The notes under the pieces were generated by a model. It ran no database searches, was not told where the DNA came from, and saw only the letters and a program-made list of their open reading frames with translations. DNA of 64,000 nt, taken from positions 17,980,001 to 18,044,000 of the forward strand of contig OZ024743.1 in assembly GCA_964016885.1 (NCBI GenBank), in the 5' to 3' direction. This DNA comes from Eledone cirrhosa (Eukaryota). The translations under genes and the position numbers were made by a program. Below, piece by piece: positions 11,090 through 26,010 of this stretch (position 1 is its first letter; each line of letters starts with the position of its first letter).

Positions 11090-12497
11090 GAAGGATCCAG
11101 ATGATATGTGGAGGGAGGTGCTGAGGAGGTTACTACTTTTATTGATAACCTCATCTCCCCTCTCGATTATTTCCATAATCTCAGTGAGATACAGATCGCA
11201 CGATTCTTGTCCACCCCCTCTGTAGGGTTGAACTCAGGCTACCTTTAACCACGACAATGTGAATTCTACGTTATCCTGTTTGAGACGCGACACTAGTTCC
11301 GAGAAGGCGGTGCTGTGTTTCTTATCAAACCTCCTTAAGGTGTGGCAGTGATTGTACCAGCTTCCTTAAAGGTATGGTTGTTGGTATTCATTTACTCTAC
11401 ATATACTAAGCAACTGCCGAGGCACCTACCCTCCAGGGGGAACTTACTGGGGTTTCTACAATTACAGCCCGGATCGCGTTGTATGATTCCCCGGCCTTTC
11501 ACGGTTTAAGATGTTACCAACAGAGGAAGAGGTATTTGCGTGGTGCGTCTCCTCACGTTTGCTGTTTCCCCTGGATTTGCAGACGTTTTTTAATCTACTG
11601 CGGTTCAAGGTTTCTAGTTGTGGAGAAGAGCAATTTAACCAGGTGCCTGTTGAAAATGACGTGGTACCGGTGTTGCTTATGGAAGTACTTATCAAAAGCC
11701 CTGAAGAAAGAGGCCGCAATGTGTTGCGTAAATCGCCACAGAAGGGGGGGGGGGGTTAAACCAAATGCCATTACGGAAACGGGTTCACTTCTTGTTGTAG
11801 TCACCAGTCTTCGCACCCGTTCCGTCAGAGTATGTGTCACGTATTCGCTGCGTACGTCTGGAAGAGCCATGACGCCCAAATCGTCGCTACCCGTGTGGTT
11901 GGTTAAGCCGATCGTTTCACCCATAACTGAGTGGTGTCCGTTCATATCGTGGCAGGCGGTTTGTGCATTCCACGCTCACTCCCGAGCCAACACATGTCCC
12001 AAGCGGCTCCACGGGTCGGCTTCCTTGCTTTCCAATGTAGGCGAGGTCCGGTCCCTTCCTAATAAGCCATGGTTAGCAGTTCCTCCAATATTGCTCTCTA
12101 ATGAAGTAATGAAGTCCTCGTCGTTTTGGTCCCGTCGTTGTTTCCTACTGATGTTTTACTGTCAACGGTAACGTAATTCGACTGGGTATACACTTAATTC
12201 TTTCCCTGTAACCTGCATTACTAAGGGCATTATTCTAATAGCTAGCTACGCTATTGAAGGTTTCTTGGATAGCTGACAGAGAAGAAATCCTACGGGATAC
12301 GATATTAACTATGGAACTTCCTGACTGACCCGGGATTGTTGGAATTGGCATTTACGTACTTGAGGCACTCGTGAGGCTTGTGGTACGCGTAGTAGAGGCC
12401 GGATTCTGGATTGAGGGTAACATTCAGGAAGTTGACTATCATTTTATTATTTTCTATGTCTATGCTGAGGCCTAGGTTTTTGAAAAATTGATCATAC
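11090..12497 (-). mobile_element. Decayed Penelope-like element (IWFNPP / Hydra-like group); 3' UTR probably extends to ~9750
   Basis: Minus-strand GLSIDIENNKMIVNFLNVTLNPESGLYYAYHKP, NNALSNAGY, IWFNPP, FDKYFHKQHRYHVIFNRHLVKL, CRNPSKFPLEGRCL. Confidence 0.8.
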
Positions 12498-14398
12498 TGT
12501 TGATGTGGTCGAGTAGCGTATATATATATATATGTATTAAGAATCTAAAATCGTAACAAAATAAACTCTGCATAAATATTCTGTTCGTAATTGGTAAATA
12601 TATTCAGGATGTTTTGCAGAATTCTTAACTTTCGGTGCTGAAGATAGGTAAGATGTCAACATGATGCATTAACTATCTCTGAATACTTGGACGATTGGAA
12701 GGAAACCAAAGGAAAGTTATTATTATATATAATATTCTAATATAGACAGATGAACTGAAATTGTGATACACCTGATAATATGAACTCATGCGTGTGGGGG
12801 GGGGGGGGTCTGTACATTATTTGATTTGCGGTGGAAGAAGCATTGGACATTTGAATTAAATATGATCTTAACAGGGATATGTGATGTTATGATCACTAAC
12901 GTTATTTGGATAATGAAAACAACGCTTTAAGTACACCGGTTTATATTCTGTGATTGTCTTATATGAATACTAAAGCTTGCTTTGAATGTCGCATGTTATG
13001 CTTTCCTCAAGTATTTAGTTCCATGCGTGGTAATTCACTGATTTTCTGTAAGCACATATGTTGAGTTTTCTCTATCGATTTTCTTTAAAGAAAATTGCAT
13101 ATTTAATTTAGCACATAGAGAAATATTAGGATGTTGTATGTATCACCTAGCTTTCTCTTTATGACTATATATATATTTATTATATTTATATGTAGCATGT
13201 CACACTTTCTTACATATATAAAAAAAACATGATATCATCCAGAAATGGTCATAAATGCTCGGAGTTTCATGACGTGGGGGAAGAGGTGCTCAAAGGAAGA
13301 AATATATATGACCTATGCTGTTGAAGAGAATCACGCTAGGAATATTAGTAATCACTTCCGCCTATAGTGTTACACCTTTATTTGAAAGGAATGGGTGACT
13401 GGAATGTTTCCAAATGTAGTTACAAAGGGAAAATAATTTTCCCCAAAATAAATGTGCCTTAGTTACTGCTGAAAACACATTGGCAGAAAGGCTATACAAT
13501 GTTGGTGTTATTTTCTGAAAGAGTAAGGGAAAATTCCTGTGTTAGATGTTACAGATTATATGTGATAAGCATGCAGCCATGAGTAAATCATATACTTGGA
13601 CTGGCTTTCGGAAGATATCAACCAACAGATTCTAGAATCGGCATGAAAATGGCTCAGAAACTGGAGTATTATTATTAGATTTCCATATAAATGTTGAATC
13701 CAATTACTAACACGTGCCTATTCTGTAGACCACCTAATCGATGTCAGCTAATGACATCAAATATATTTCCGAATTGTATTTGCTGAACGTATATTCAAAA
13801 TGAGTTATTATCTCTGATTTTGTCTGTCAAAACTTCGTTAATGAGCTAAGTAGCGGGGGACTAAGAAATTTGACGCATCCGCATCTAGCGAAGATTTGTG
13901 TCGATGCCAAAGATTAGTTTTGATTCTTCAAGTTCAAGCGGATTATGGAGTTTAACTACTTAAGGAAAATGATAAATATACCCTAGACAAACAGTACTCC
14001 AAATCAATTGAGATTGTCCGATAATGTTTACCATACTATAAATATTTAAGTAGTAGGATATATTTTTATATACACGCGGATGCAGCAACACATGTACGAC
14101 GGAACAATTACAAAGAAATACCCACACGACACACACACGTTGGAAGGTGTGCTTATTACCTGTGGTTGACTATCAATGATGTTTAGAGTTTTTGTGGTGT
14201 AAATTCAAAACCAAGTGCAAAGCCCCACTCCCGTACGGTGATGTTTTTGCGAGTGTAGACCAAGGCAGAGATTATTATAGTCGATCCTGCTTAGGCCTCC
14301 ATATAAGCGTTCTTAGTGCCGAGCTCTATCTCTTATCAATCCGGATATATGAGTTTCAAAATGCTGTTCTACTTAGCCTTAATTAAAACTGGTCGTTG

Positions 14399-14458
<60 letters not shown>

Positions 14459-15093
14459 TTATAATTGTTTTGATAAAGAGCATCTTTTTCCGATGACAAC
14501 TATATAAACATAATAAACCGGCCTCAAAATGTCCTGCATATACAACGCGTTGTCAAAAAATCTAGTAGATGCAAAATGAAGTCATCATTAATATATAAAT
14601 GGAAGATAGTTCCCTTTTTTTGACGAACATTCAAGCTAAATACCATATTATCTATCAATTAATTGCTACTACTAGTATTATTCTTATAAAGAAGGGAGTT
14701 GGATTGGCAGTATTTGTGAAGCGTCGAAGAACAAGTTTTGTTGCAAAGAGTTATGTTTCTGATTTCAAAGTTAGTTTTACCTTTCTTTCTCACGGAGTCG
14801 ATAAAATAAATGGTAATCGGCTTTCTATTCTTCCAAAATCGTTGGCCTTGTGCTTATAAATGTATGTATCAGTAGTCACGAGAAAATGACATTATTGCAC
14901 CACTTGCATTATTGTCAGTACCTACAAGGTTCAACTAAACCTGAAGCGAAGATTGGTCAGCTTCTGCTTGTTCTACGTAAATGCTCACATAAGAATAATA
15001 TATCCTATCGTAGTATGATGCAATTTAGTCCATAGGATAAATACAGACTTCTCAAGCGTATATTGTATATAATCAAGTGTTAGAATCATTAAT

Positions 15094-15239
15094 TGTTTCT
15101 ACTATTGGCACAAGGCCAGCAATTACCCAGTGCATTACTGGTAGTTTATTTTATCGACCCCGTAAGGATGAAAGGCAAAGTTAACCTCGGTGGGTTAACT
15201 TTGCCTTTCATCCTTACGGGGTCGATAAAATAAAGTAAC
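15094..15239 (-). mobile_element. Octopus-type tRNA SINE (Meta-domain-like), 5'-truncated with fold-back inversion, 18-bp TSD
   Basis: Target-site duplication (TSD) agtgttagaatcattaat at 15076..15093 and 15240..15257. The body matches the other SINE copies. Confidence 0.9.
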
Positions 15240-18200
15240 AGTGTTAGAATCATTAATGAATTGATTTGTGTATATCACATCTCTGCATCCGTGAGCCTTC
15301 CACAACATGTGACCTAATACATCCCTTTGGAATAAGGGCATCCGTTTTATGTAGTTTTATTATTTACTATAACATTTCGACAAAAACGACGGGTGTTAAA
15401 TTTTCATCTTATTTCCTTTCCATAATAACTATGCCCATTGCATAACTGAATTATTTTAAGTAGTAAAGGAAAGCTTTTCATAATAAGATGAACCGGAAAT
15501 CTTAATTCCTTCAGGCGATCGCATATTTGATTTCACAAGATTGTGTTCGCAATACTGTGTTCGCAAAATACGTTCGTCCGTAATGAAATTGAATCTTAAT
15601 GTCAACACTCATATTGTGTTTATATCACTTAGATATATGCCTTCATACTATTGAAAATTCTCGCTGTTTATTTGATGGAAACTCTTGTATGTTTGAGTAA
15701 TATGGGTAAATCGTAAAAGCAGTTGCAATTTTGAAATAAGTTATAAATATTTTATTATCTTATGATGTCGAGGTTACGTATTTATTTACAATGTATGCAT
15801 TGTTAATAATGTTTTTGTTCTATTCTATAAATGTTAAGTATTTGAATCAGTGATACTTGTGTTATTTTTTATTATTCTTTGGGATATTTGCATTATGATA
15901 CACATGATAAACAGAATGATTTATTTTTACAGTTTGCCAATTTGAATTCATATCGATATTGTAAATAGATGCTTCATTGGGATTAAATCTGTTCATCTGA
16001 ATTTATGTCTACCCAGTACTATGGTTTATGGGTGTCTATCAAGACATAGATTGTCCAATATATCGTTTTACATTTAGATCTTCATGTATTGCCACAGTAT
16101 TTAACAGGTTCATTGTTGTTAGATGACAGTGATAATATCACCTATATGACCAAGGTCATTTTAATATCACGATCAATGGAAAAGATTTGAATAGCACACA
16201 TATGTATTTACGAAATGTATATGTATGTGTGTGTGTATATGTGTGTGTGTGCGTGTTTATGTGTATGTGTCAGTGTATGATCATGTGTATAATTATCTCG
16301 GCCGCCCTCAGTAGCTCATCTCTATAACTGAGCATGCCGTTTTAGTGTGGCTTTGTTATTTCAAGTTTTGCAGTCAATTTCACAATATGGTATCACTATG
16401 TACACACAATTTCACACGAATAGGCTTACACATAATAAATAGCATGATTGTATTCTTCAGGGTGAAACTCATTATCTTAGATAAGGTAATAATATAACTT
16501 TGTTTATGGAATGTACCAACATGTGGCTAATGACAATCATAGATAATTACATATTCTATATTTCCTAATGTTTGGTCACGAAATTCTCCGTAGGTATCCC
16601 ATACCTCGTTGCAAATATTATCAATCATTATATTTCTTGTTTCTGTGTGTAGCCTTGTGTGTTGGTCCTTGATCGTGTAAGATATTTATAATAATTCTGT
16701 GGAGCTATAGTCAACGGTTTCTGTTGGGTTCCCTCAGAACCTCGCCTGGGTTGATGTTTTCAGAATAATGATTAATGAAGTTTGGTCTAAATCCCGACTA
16801 GAATCCGCGAAACTCGACCCTCATAAAAATATGGACCGAGCATCTTAAATCATTCTTTTGGAGGAAGGTAAACCTCTATTTTAAGATTCCATGTACTGCG
16901 ACACAAAGCTTTTCACCTCATTTTAGGGCAAGTTAGTTTGTAACGATGGGAAACTAAACTATCTATATGCGGTGATTTTAAGGACCACTGACTATTCATG
17001 CAGTACGCTCTCGCGACCTCTAATGATGTCAGTCCACGGATGGCCATTTCCCTCCTGAAATCAAAAGGAATAACACAGGTTCACGAAGGAGACTCCTGCA
17101 GTTGTGTGGCTAATTACGCAGGTTTCCTTGGCTATTCATCACCGCAATATTTGCAGTGCGGACACCTGAAATATACCACTCAGACATTTCAATAATGCCG
17201 AGATATTCGATTCAGTTTTCCCTTTTAGCATTATTTAATGTTTTTCTTTCTTGCATATTATGCGAAATATGTATGTACATATTATTTGTTTATAACTGAA
17301 ATTAAATAAGCTAATCTGGAATAACTATCTGCTGGAATAATGGAATTGCATTTAAATGGAAATCAATCCACATATGATCCTGAATATCATATATGTCATT
17401 TCAGTTAAATGGAAATGGAAATAAAGAATTCAATTATAGATTTAAAACGTGATTCAAGTTTAATGTTATTAAATTTGATCGAAATTTTAAAATATTGAGC
17501 GTTTATTTTTTAACTTTGCTTGTATTAATGTATACTATCAATTGGACATCGGAATAAATGAAACTCTTTGAAATACATGACCCAGAATCATATAACAGCA
17601 AAAGAGGGCTAGAGCACATATGCTAACAAAACACTCCTTTAATATATCGAATACTACATTACTCAGTGAAGGATATTATCTAAGAAGCCAGAATAAAAAT
17701 CGAAAACTGTTTTTTCTTTACATCGAAACCAACAACTGCAATACATAACCCGAAACCGATTTGAAGATATGAATGCCATTCGCCAATAATTTGAAATATA
17801 ATGGAAACAATAGAAGATATTGAGAAAAGGACAAGATCGAGACTAAATCGTATGTAAGAAAACGCCTATTGGGCTAATGTGGGATCAAGCTAAGCAGAGA
17901 ATAAATAGATTGAGATGATTCACAACAACGGCCTACAAGCGCTGAACCAATGCCGAATATGAAGGTTGTTTATTGTAGTACATGATCAAGGATTTCCTAT
18001 CAGAATCAATGAAGCAGAATGCTTTAGGTAACTACATAATATGAAAGTCGAAATTAAATACGAAATGACATCAGAGCGAGCTGCCTCGCCATCACATATT
18101 TGGGATTTATATTATGAAATGCAAACATAAATGATGTCGTTTGTTGATGTAACATAAAGGGTTTGCAGTCCACACCAAGGAATAAAAACATACATTCCCA

Positions 18201-20125
18201 TCTATATATATGCGCCCAATTATGAGAATATCTCAAAGAAAAGGAGAAATTATACCGATGTAATGATGAAGAAAGGCAAATATCTTGAATTCTGATTTTT
18301 AAAATATAAGATTGCACAGCATATAACAAAGGAGCAGATGACTCATCTCGGTAGTCCATAGACAACATGCAACTTTATATTCAATCTTCTATTTCGTAAT
18401 AAAAGTTATTCATATCTATATAATGATGAACGGAAGAAGATTACCAGTATTGAAACTTTTATATTGTAAACTTATATGTAAACTTATCTGTCATGAACGG
18501 ACATGGTCATTTAACATATAGTACTACACCATCAACATACCTACGGTCCCCTTTATTAGATTTACCGCTTTGTATTCAAAATAAACATTTTATTTGATAT
18601 GATGTTTTGCTGATGCTACAAACTCTTTAATTGCATCCGTCTAAGCGTTTTATTCGGAAATGAATGCAGGTATTAACAACTTTTGTTCTCTTTTACGCGT
18701 ATCATGTTTACAGTTATGTTCTCAGAATTTTATTACAATTTGGATTACATTCTTTCTGGGGAGGATGTTCCCCTCTTTCTCAGATCAGGTATGATGCATA
18801 TATAATGAAGCACAATAGCCTAGAATAATTCTTTGAAGATTGACTCTGTAAAATTACTGAAACTAATGTTTGCTTTGTGCTTTGGGCAATGTCAAATATC
18901 GGCTCCATTGCAGTCTCAGTTTGATAAGGTTTAACAAACAAAGGAGACACGCATTGCTTGTTAATGGGGATTTCAACATCATAATAATACACTGGACAGA
19001 ACACAGATATGTGCGGACAGGATATAGAATCTCATAGTAATCAACTGAAAATTTAATTACGGTTCATTTAAATTCGCAAATAGATGAAACAATATTTTCA
19101 AATGCATTTTATCACCATCATCACTATTATAAACACACAATATTTGTACCCTGCAGATCAGTAGCCATTGTATGTAGTTATATTCTTCATTTGGCTAGGA
19201 ACCTTTAAATTTTTAATTATTCATTGTATCTACATAATGGGTGCTGATGTTAACCTTTATTTGTCAGTAACGCGGTTATTAGCTAATGATTATTTATAAA
19301 ATATAGGTGCCTTACTAAGAAATTAAGAGGGAACGTAACTGTGTTTCAACATTATATTTATCCAGGTTATTATGTGATGTACATGGATATTGTAAAGTTA
19401 GAGTAAAACATGTTGAGGCTGTTAATCGTCACCTTACAATGATACTAAGGATAATCTCTTAATTTCATGTGTGGGGAAGTGGAAATGTTTCCACGAATAC
19501 GTCATATATATGTCAAGTTATTGTAATAAGAATTATAGTAATTCAATTTAAGAAGAATGATATACATTGCATTTGAGGATACCTCCGAATTTTAGTTTAT
19601 CTCTATACTCAGACAAATTCATGAGAAAATTATTTCGACATAATGTCTCTCCATGTAGATGTAGATAAATCAACTTGGAAGACAAACTATAAAACTAAAA
19701 CAGTTTTTATATGTAAAACGCTCTCATAAATGTTTAGTTATTGTCGCTACTGACATCGGTCTAATAAAATATTTTTAGAAACAAAACAAATGAATAGATA
19801 AAATATTTCAGACAGAGTGTTGAATACGTTGACACTAAATTCTAATATCGAAATGCTATTAAATGCTACCTGCAACATATGATAATTGCGAGACGTTACA
19901 TATTTAATAAATATATATTGCAGATATTCAAATAGGCTGAACAATACTAATACACATTCTTCAAACACAGCGCTATTTATTTCGTTCTTTTCAAATACAT
20001 TCTGTGTTAAATTGTATTCTTAAGCATTATCTGGTTTCATATTAAGCTACTTGCCATATTGTTAACACTGTATATCAACAATACTGCAGGAAAATTTAAC
20101 TAATATAATTATAGTATTAAAGAGC

Positions 20126-20315
20126 GGTGTATAGCCAGTATCGACAGAACGTCAGACACCATGCTTTGTAACATAGAGTAATGGCCCTTTATATTCTTAT
20201 TTGAAATCCTGCCGAGCTTAACTTTACCTTTCATCCCTATGGAGTCGATAACATAAAGTACCAGTAATGCACAGGGATAACTGTTGGCCTTGTGCCAAAA
20301 CTATAAAAAATAATT
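20126..20315 (+). mobile_element. Same tRNA SINE family, diverged copy
   Basis: actttacctttcatccctatggagtcgataacataaagtaccag...ggccttgtgcc. Confidence 0.85.
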
Positions 20316-22853
20316 ATAAGATTGAAGCTGTATCGATTGCTTTTAGTTATACTACAACATGTAGAATATTTTGGATTTGTGGCTGATATACTATGCATTC
20401 TTACATAGCTAGCATCTGCATCTAAAATTATAGTAAAACATGATTTTGTGAATTACCGAATAAAACCAACATGCTTAATTACGGATGAATGTGGAGCGAC
20501 AAGCCAACTAATATCGCTCAATTGAACCGAGATCCTTAAGATATTGAAGATAGATACCATCGATTCCTGTGTTCTGTAGAACTGTATGGGTCACTTTGGC
20601 CCTTATAGCCTTTGAGAACCACTTGAGACTCAGAGAGTCCACACGGGGTGTACATTTGACGGAAACATCGTAAGATGTGTTTCTCGGCAGAGTCCTTCAT
20701 ACTCTTACAAAATTAAGAATAATTCTTTGTAACAAGTTCTAAGTTAATGGTGTCTTCCACTAGCTCTGGAGGGAAGGATTCCATATACATTTTCCCAAGG
20801 TTCCACCATGGTAGTATATTGGATTATGTAACAGGAATATATATTGTGATGCGTATCATAGTCGGTCTATGTTGGCTGTGAGGTAATGTTTTGCGTGAAG
20901 CCTAAACAGGATATCAATTGATTGATTTGGACATGTAGCAGAGATCTAGGTGGTGATCATTCTTCAAGCGACATGAATTACATGTGTCAGGTTGTTTGGC
21001 ATCATGGAGAAAATAACGGACACATAATTAAGCCCATCCCTTCTACTGTTCCCAGCCTCTTAATCTGTGGCATAGCACCATGAGAACTGAAATTTGTTGA
21101 AGGCACACGCATGCAGCACCGAATGGGGTTGAATTTCAGTGCAGGTGTTGGTCAACTACCTCTGGGTGACTTGTACACTTCAGTGATGGTGATGTCCCGA
21201 TTCCCACAGTAGTTACAAATATGTCATCCCTGTAAGATTCAGCGTAAACAGAGAATTTTGATTTTCTAATGGCATGCTCGATATATGTCAGAAAATCCTA
21301 TTTCGAGTGGGGTACTGCATCAACGAGCTTAGCCGTATACACCCTACCTTTAGAGCAGCACTTGGCATTGCCAATATGGGTTTCCTATTCTAAATGGCAA
21401 GAGCATTCGCTCATTTAGACAGGTAGATGAATTTCATTCTCCACATACATTCTGCATTATTCTGTAGGTACGTACTCGTTTCCTGATGTGTCGGGAATTT
21501 GGCATGAAATCGGGCTGTTGGAGTGAATTCTCATAAGGGCCCTGATCAACAAAGCAAGTTGATTGTGCATGTTGTGCATATGTCGAGTATACATCGAGCA
21601 ATGTGCAAATATTTTCAATGTAAATATTATCGGGGAATGGCATTAGTTAGTATGAATTCCATATAGGGTGGTCCTCAACAAATAATCAAACGAAATACGT
21701 TTTACATAATAAGATGTTTAGCTTGTTTACGACAGCCTAAATAAGAGAGGGGAAATGTGCTCCATTATACAGCAATCGACTTCAGGAATTCCCCATTAGA
21801 ATGTGTGCACCTAAGCACCGCTGGGGTGGGTGAGACTTGATGAACGTAGAAACATATGTGTGATCTCCATTCGATATGTGATGGGAGGGAGGATTCCGTA
21901 GTGGACGTAAAATATTGATATTGTTGGAATACAATAGGCAGTGATATTGAACAGTTAACAGCTCACTTAGTATGTAATATTATGTATGAAATATGCAACT
22001 AACTATTTTGCTAAAATACTGGAAATGTTGGCATACTATTTCCTATGAACAATAGTTTTGTTTTTCAGGACATGGAACTTGTTTCGTTTTGATCAATCGA
22101 TGTTTGATGCAAAATCTATGTTATGTTTTCGAAAAGAAATATTTGAAGAATAGAAATATAATCATGGATAGATAATTGCATCGATACGGCGTGCATTAAT
22201 ATATGTCACATGGTATACTAATGTTTTAAGAAGGAAATGTGTAGATTCCTATCTCATTCCACTGATCTGATTATTCTCCTATGTACATGAAATATGTACT
22301 TAAATTTATGATAGAAAATAAGTGTTGGATTTGTTTTTAATATTCAGGTAATAACGGTATAGTTTTCAAATATAGAGGAATGTTTAACATTTAGAATTGT
22401 TTGTGCATATGTAAGCTGCCTTATAATTATATTAAGCAGGTGTCTGGCAAAATATATTTGTAATAACATTTTTTAAAAATTGATAACTGAGATTGCTCCA
22501 GTTGATTTGCATCCAAACGTTGATTGAAATTCCTTTAGTAGATCTAAATATAAGAATTTAAAAAAGTAAACTATGAAACACAGTTGAACTTAAATCCTCC
22601 AGTCTAATTTTCCTATATCATATGCAGCTGTTTGTATATAGTTAAGCTAAGTAATGGCATGTGATCACCACCTACGCTAACATTTGAAAATGTTCATTCA
22701 GAATGTTTGACTAATCAACACGTACTTGTCACACCTGGCACAATTTATCCACCCATATGTTTCAATCAACTATATTTATTTGCAATTATCCTCTAATTGA
22801 GGTATACAGGAATAATGCACCAATCTTACCCTCATTAAGGATGTAACGTCATT

Positions 22854-23040
22854 CGGTGGATTGGCAGTATCGGTAGAGGGTCGGACGCAATGCTTTCCAG
22901 CACAGTTACGTCCCTTTATGGACTGAGTTCAAATCCCGCCGAGGTTAACTTGGCCTTTCATCCTTACGGGGTCGATAAAACAAAGTACCAGTGATACACT
23001 GGGATAATTGCTGGCCTTGTGCTAAAAAGTTGAAACAATT
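22854..23040 (+). mobile_element. Same tRNA SINE family, near full length
   Basis: A box TGGCAGTATCGG, B box GAGTTCAAATCC, central gcctttcatccttacggggtcgataaa. Confidence 0.9.
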
Positions 23041-25369
23041 AATGTATTTAAGGACAATAGTCAAATATGAAGCAGTTATTGTTCAAACTTCATACTTTAA
23101 ATTTAATTTAGAAAATATTTATATGATTAAGCGCAATGAATATACTAAAAAATAATACATTGTACTATAGGGATATTTGCGCTGCTGATCATATGTCATG
23201 CCCCAATGAAATGTTATTTGTTATACGTAATATAGAATATGCCTTATATATTACATAACACGATGAAGTTTGTGTTGTGTGTAGTGTTACATTGAAGGAA
23301 GTGGATGGGTTCAAGTTTCATGTGGACATTCTTTTGTGGGATGGAGGAGAGGAGGCTCAATTAATTCAGCTGGTGTAATAATAAGCTCAAATTAAGGCTG
23401 AGTTATCCGAAGAATGGATTAACGATTATACCCGGTGAAATGGAAATGCATATTTGGTAATAAACAAAAGAATATGAACGCAAATACAAGCTGCCAAATC
23501 TCTGTATTTTCAACAGAGGCGTTTTTGTTTATCATTACTCAATAATATACGTAGATCGAAGATCAGGGTGTTGTTTCAGTTGGAGCCCCTACTTAGTTGT
23601 ATTGAGAGATCACGCGTGTGGTATCACGGGTATGTGTTAAGAATATTGAATTAAAGAAAAACAAAACGCTTTGACAAATTTTACGGTTTAATCCAATAAT
23701 TACATCATGATAGATGTTGTGCTTAGATTTTATAGATTCAAATCTCGGTGACTGGGTATCAGCTCACTTTTAAAATTTAATAGTGTCACGTAAATCCTCT
23801 CATCAGACGTAAACCCTATATTCCCTGCCCTGAATACGTAAAAGCACGTTTTCACCGATGCAACGTTCAAGATTTCTCGCATAAGTTATGAGAGTTCCTT
23901 GTGGCTCTAGTCTCTGCACCCTATACTCTATACCTTGACACAGAGTGGCAATTGAATATATAACTTAATAAAAGCGCGTCGCGCATTGAGAGAATAAGAG
24001 ACAACCCGGACTAGTATATGCTAGCTACCCAGCAAGATGTGTGTAGAAATATTCCATCAAGCAAGACTCATGGAGTTGCCTTGTCGATCCCAATACTGCC
24101 TAGATGGAATTAGAGAAAAGAGTTGTATTATTCCTCTGAATAACCGTTTCTAATTTGGATAATCGTATAATCGGTAAACAAATACATATAGAATATTTTA
24201 CTGCGGCTGCCGGCTCCTGATTCTTGACAATTATCTAATAGTGTGTATGTATGGTTATACTATTGATTAATATCCATTATGTTTCCAAAATATTTTCGTT
24301 TTATTTATTTCTATGCTATCTGAAATCAGTATGTCGTTATTGTTTTCGATTCTTGCTTTTCTCATTAATTATATGGTTATGGCAGAACAATATTCTTTCG
24401 ATTCGATTTTAGAAATATTGTTAATGCAGTTGGTAGAATTGCTGCTTCGTTTGGTGCGGAATGGTATTATATTTTGTTTTTCAAGACGAAGGTGAAAACG
24501 GCCATGTATTCACTTACTTAATTGTGAAAAGGGGTTATTTGTATATTGAAATTACATATGGAATGTAAAAATGAGATTCTCAATATAAATTTAACCAATA
24601 TCGTAGTCTCGAACATTACACAATAGATACAAATAATATATACTCCAAATACTGTCTCTTCTCATTATTAATTTTATAGAATACATATTTTGTCTATTCA
24701 AATATTTTATAGAAAGGTCTATCTGCCTATATGGTCCGTAATGAACGTTTGCCACATATTGAATTTTTCTTTCTATATATGCTTTTCTTGGGGTTTATCG
24801 CATGAAGATTTACCTCTAATTGCTGAACGCACATATAGTAGGAGGTGACGTTAATAGAAAAAAGGGTATATTTCATAGATACAGTTCTTTCTGGTAAGAT
24901 TAATAGGAAGGATATAAATCTGGTTAACAGGTGAACCAATCTAGCAACATTTATATCAATATGCTAACTGTTTCACTGAAACCTGATGAGGATTCTTACT
25001 TATAGTTAAGATACATGAAAGAGATATTATGGTGGGATTTGTAACATGGATCGTGTAACCAGAGAATTTAACACGCTATTACGAAAATAATGACCTAGAC
25101 CGCATCTAACAAAATCCTATACAGAGAGGCAGAGGCCCACAATCAGTCTTGGCAGCAAATGCCTGTCGCATCATATTCCTCTGACATTCACCAACCACTT
25201 GCAGGAGCCCAACTATTGAACAAATCTGTCTACACCAGGACAGATAACGTTTTCAGATTGGGGAAGGGGACTTGCGATATATTACCTGCATCACAACTTG
25301 ATATTCACCCCCGGGGAAATTGCACAGGTGCACCGTAGTGAATCAATGAATGTAAAGCTACTTGCTTAT

Positions 25370-26010
25370 CAACCAAAAATAATACATTATGTTGTCAGGA
25401 GAGTAATATAGATAAGCAAAGTTGTATATCTTGGACCAACAACCGCTATATCGGGTCTTTGATGTATATATTTGGAAAGGAACAGGAAATAACTATAAAA
25501 TACCGAGTTTACAAAAGAGATAGCTATGCAGGCAAAACACCTAGATGTGACAACATATGCAGAAACTGCGAAATCAACATCGAAGATATCACCAATAATA
25601 TACGTAGCTGCCCAAAGATGTCATCAGGGTAGTATATACCTATGAGGCATGATGTAATGTTTCAAATACTATACAGTGCAATTCTTAGAAATGATAGCTC
25701 GAAACATAAGCATATAAATAATTTACCAAATGTGGAGGACATATAAATCCATATTATGTAAGAATACTTGTGGAATGTTCCTTCAACAACTCTAATGAAA
25801 TACAAGCAAAACTGCCAGACATAGTGATGTGCAACATGGACAAGAAGGTATGTACCTTATTCGAAATCAGCTACCCATCAGATGTCAATATACTGTTGGA
25901 GATCAGTGCCTGAATATAAATTTAAATTTATACATGTGATCATTGGGGCTCGTGGATACGTTACTAACTGCCTCAGCACAAATCTAAAATTAATGAGTTT
26001 CAATGCATGT
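25370..26010 (+). mobile_element. R4/Dong-like non-LTR retrotransposon 3' fragment (zinc knuckle + restriction-like endonuclease), decayed
   Basis: CDNICRNCEINIEDIT..SCPKMSSG*YIPMRHDV, then EYLWNVP, DIVMCNMDKKVCTLFEISYPSDVN, VIIGARGYV. Confidence 0.75.

Noticed and set aside
14320-14365. Possible type II hammerhead on the minus strand (GAAA..ATA tccgga TTGATAA)
   Set aside because: Stems are too weak (G-U only, zero loop); probably chance.
17650-19010. Possible old LINE remnants (LLVNGDFNI near 18955-18980)
   Set aside because: A single short motif with no supporting frame; cannot be assigned.
20500-21900. GC-richer tract that may be a very old minus-strand LINE
   Set aside because: Only vague RT-like fragments; not supportable by eye.
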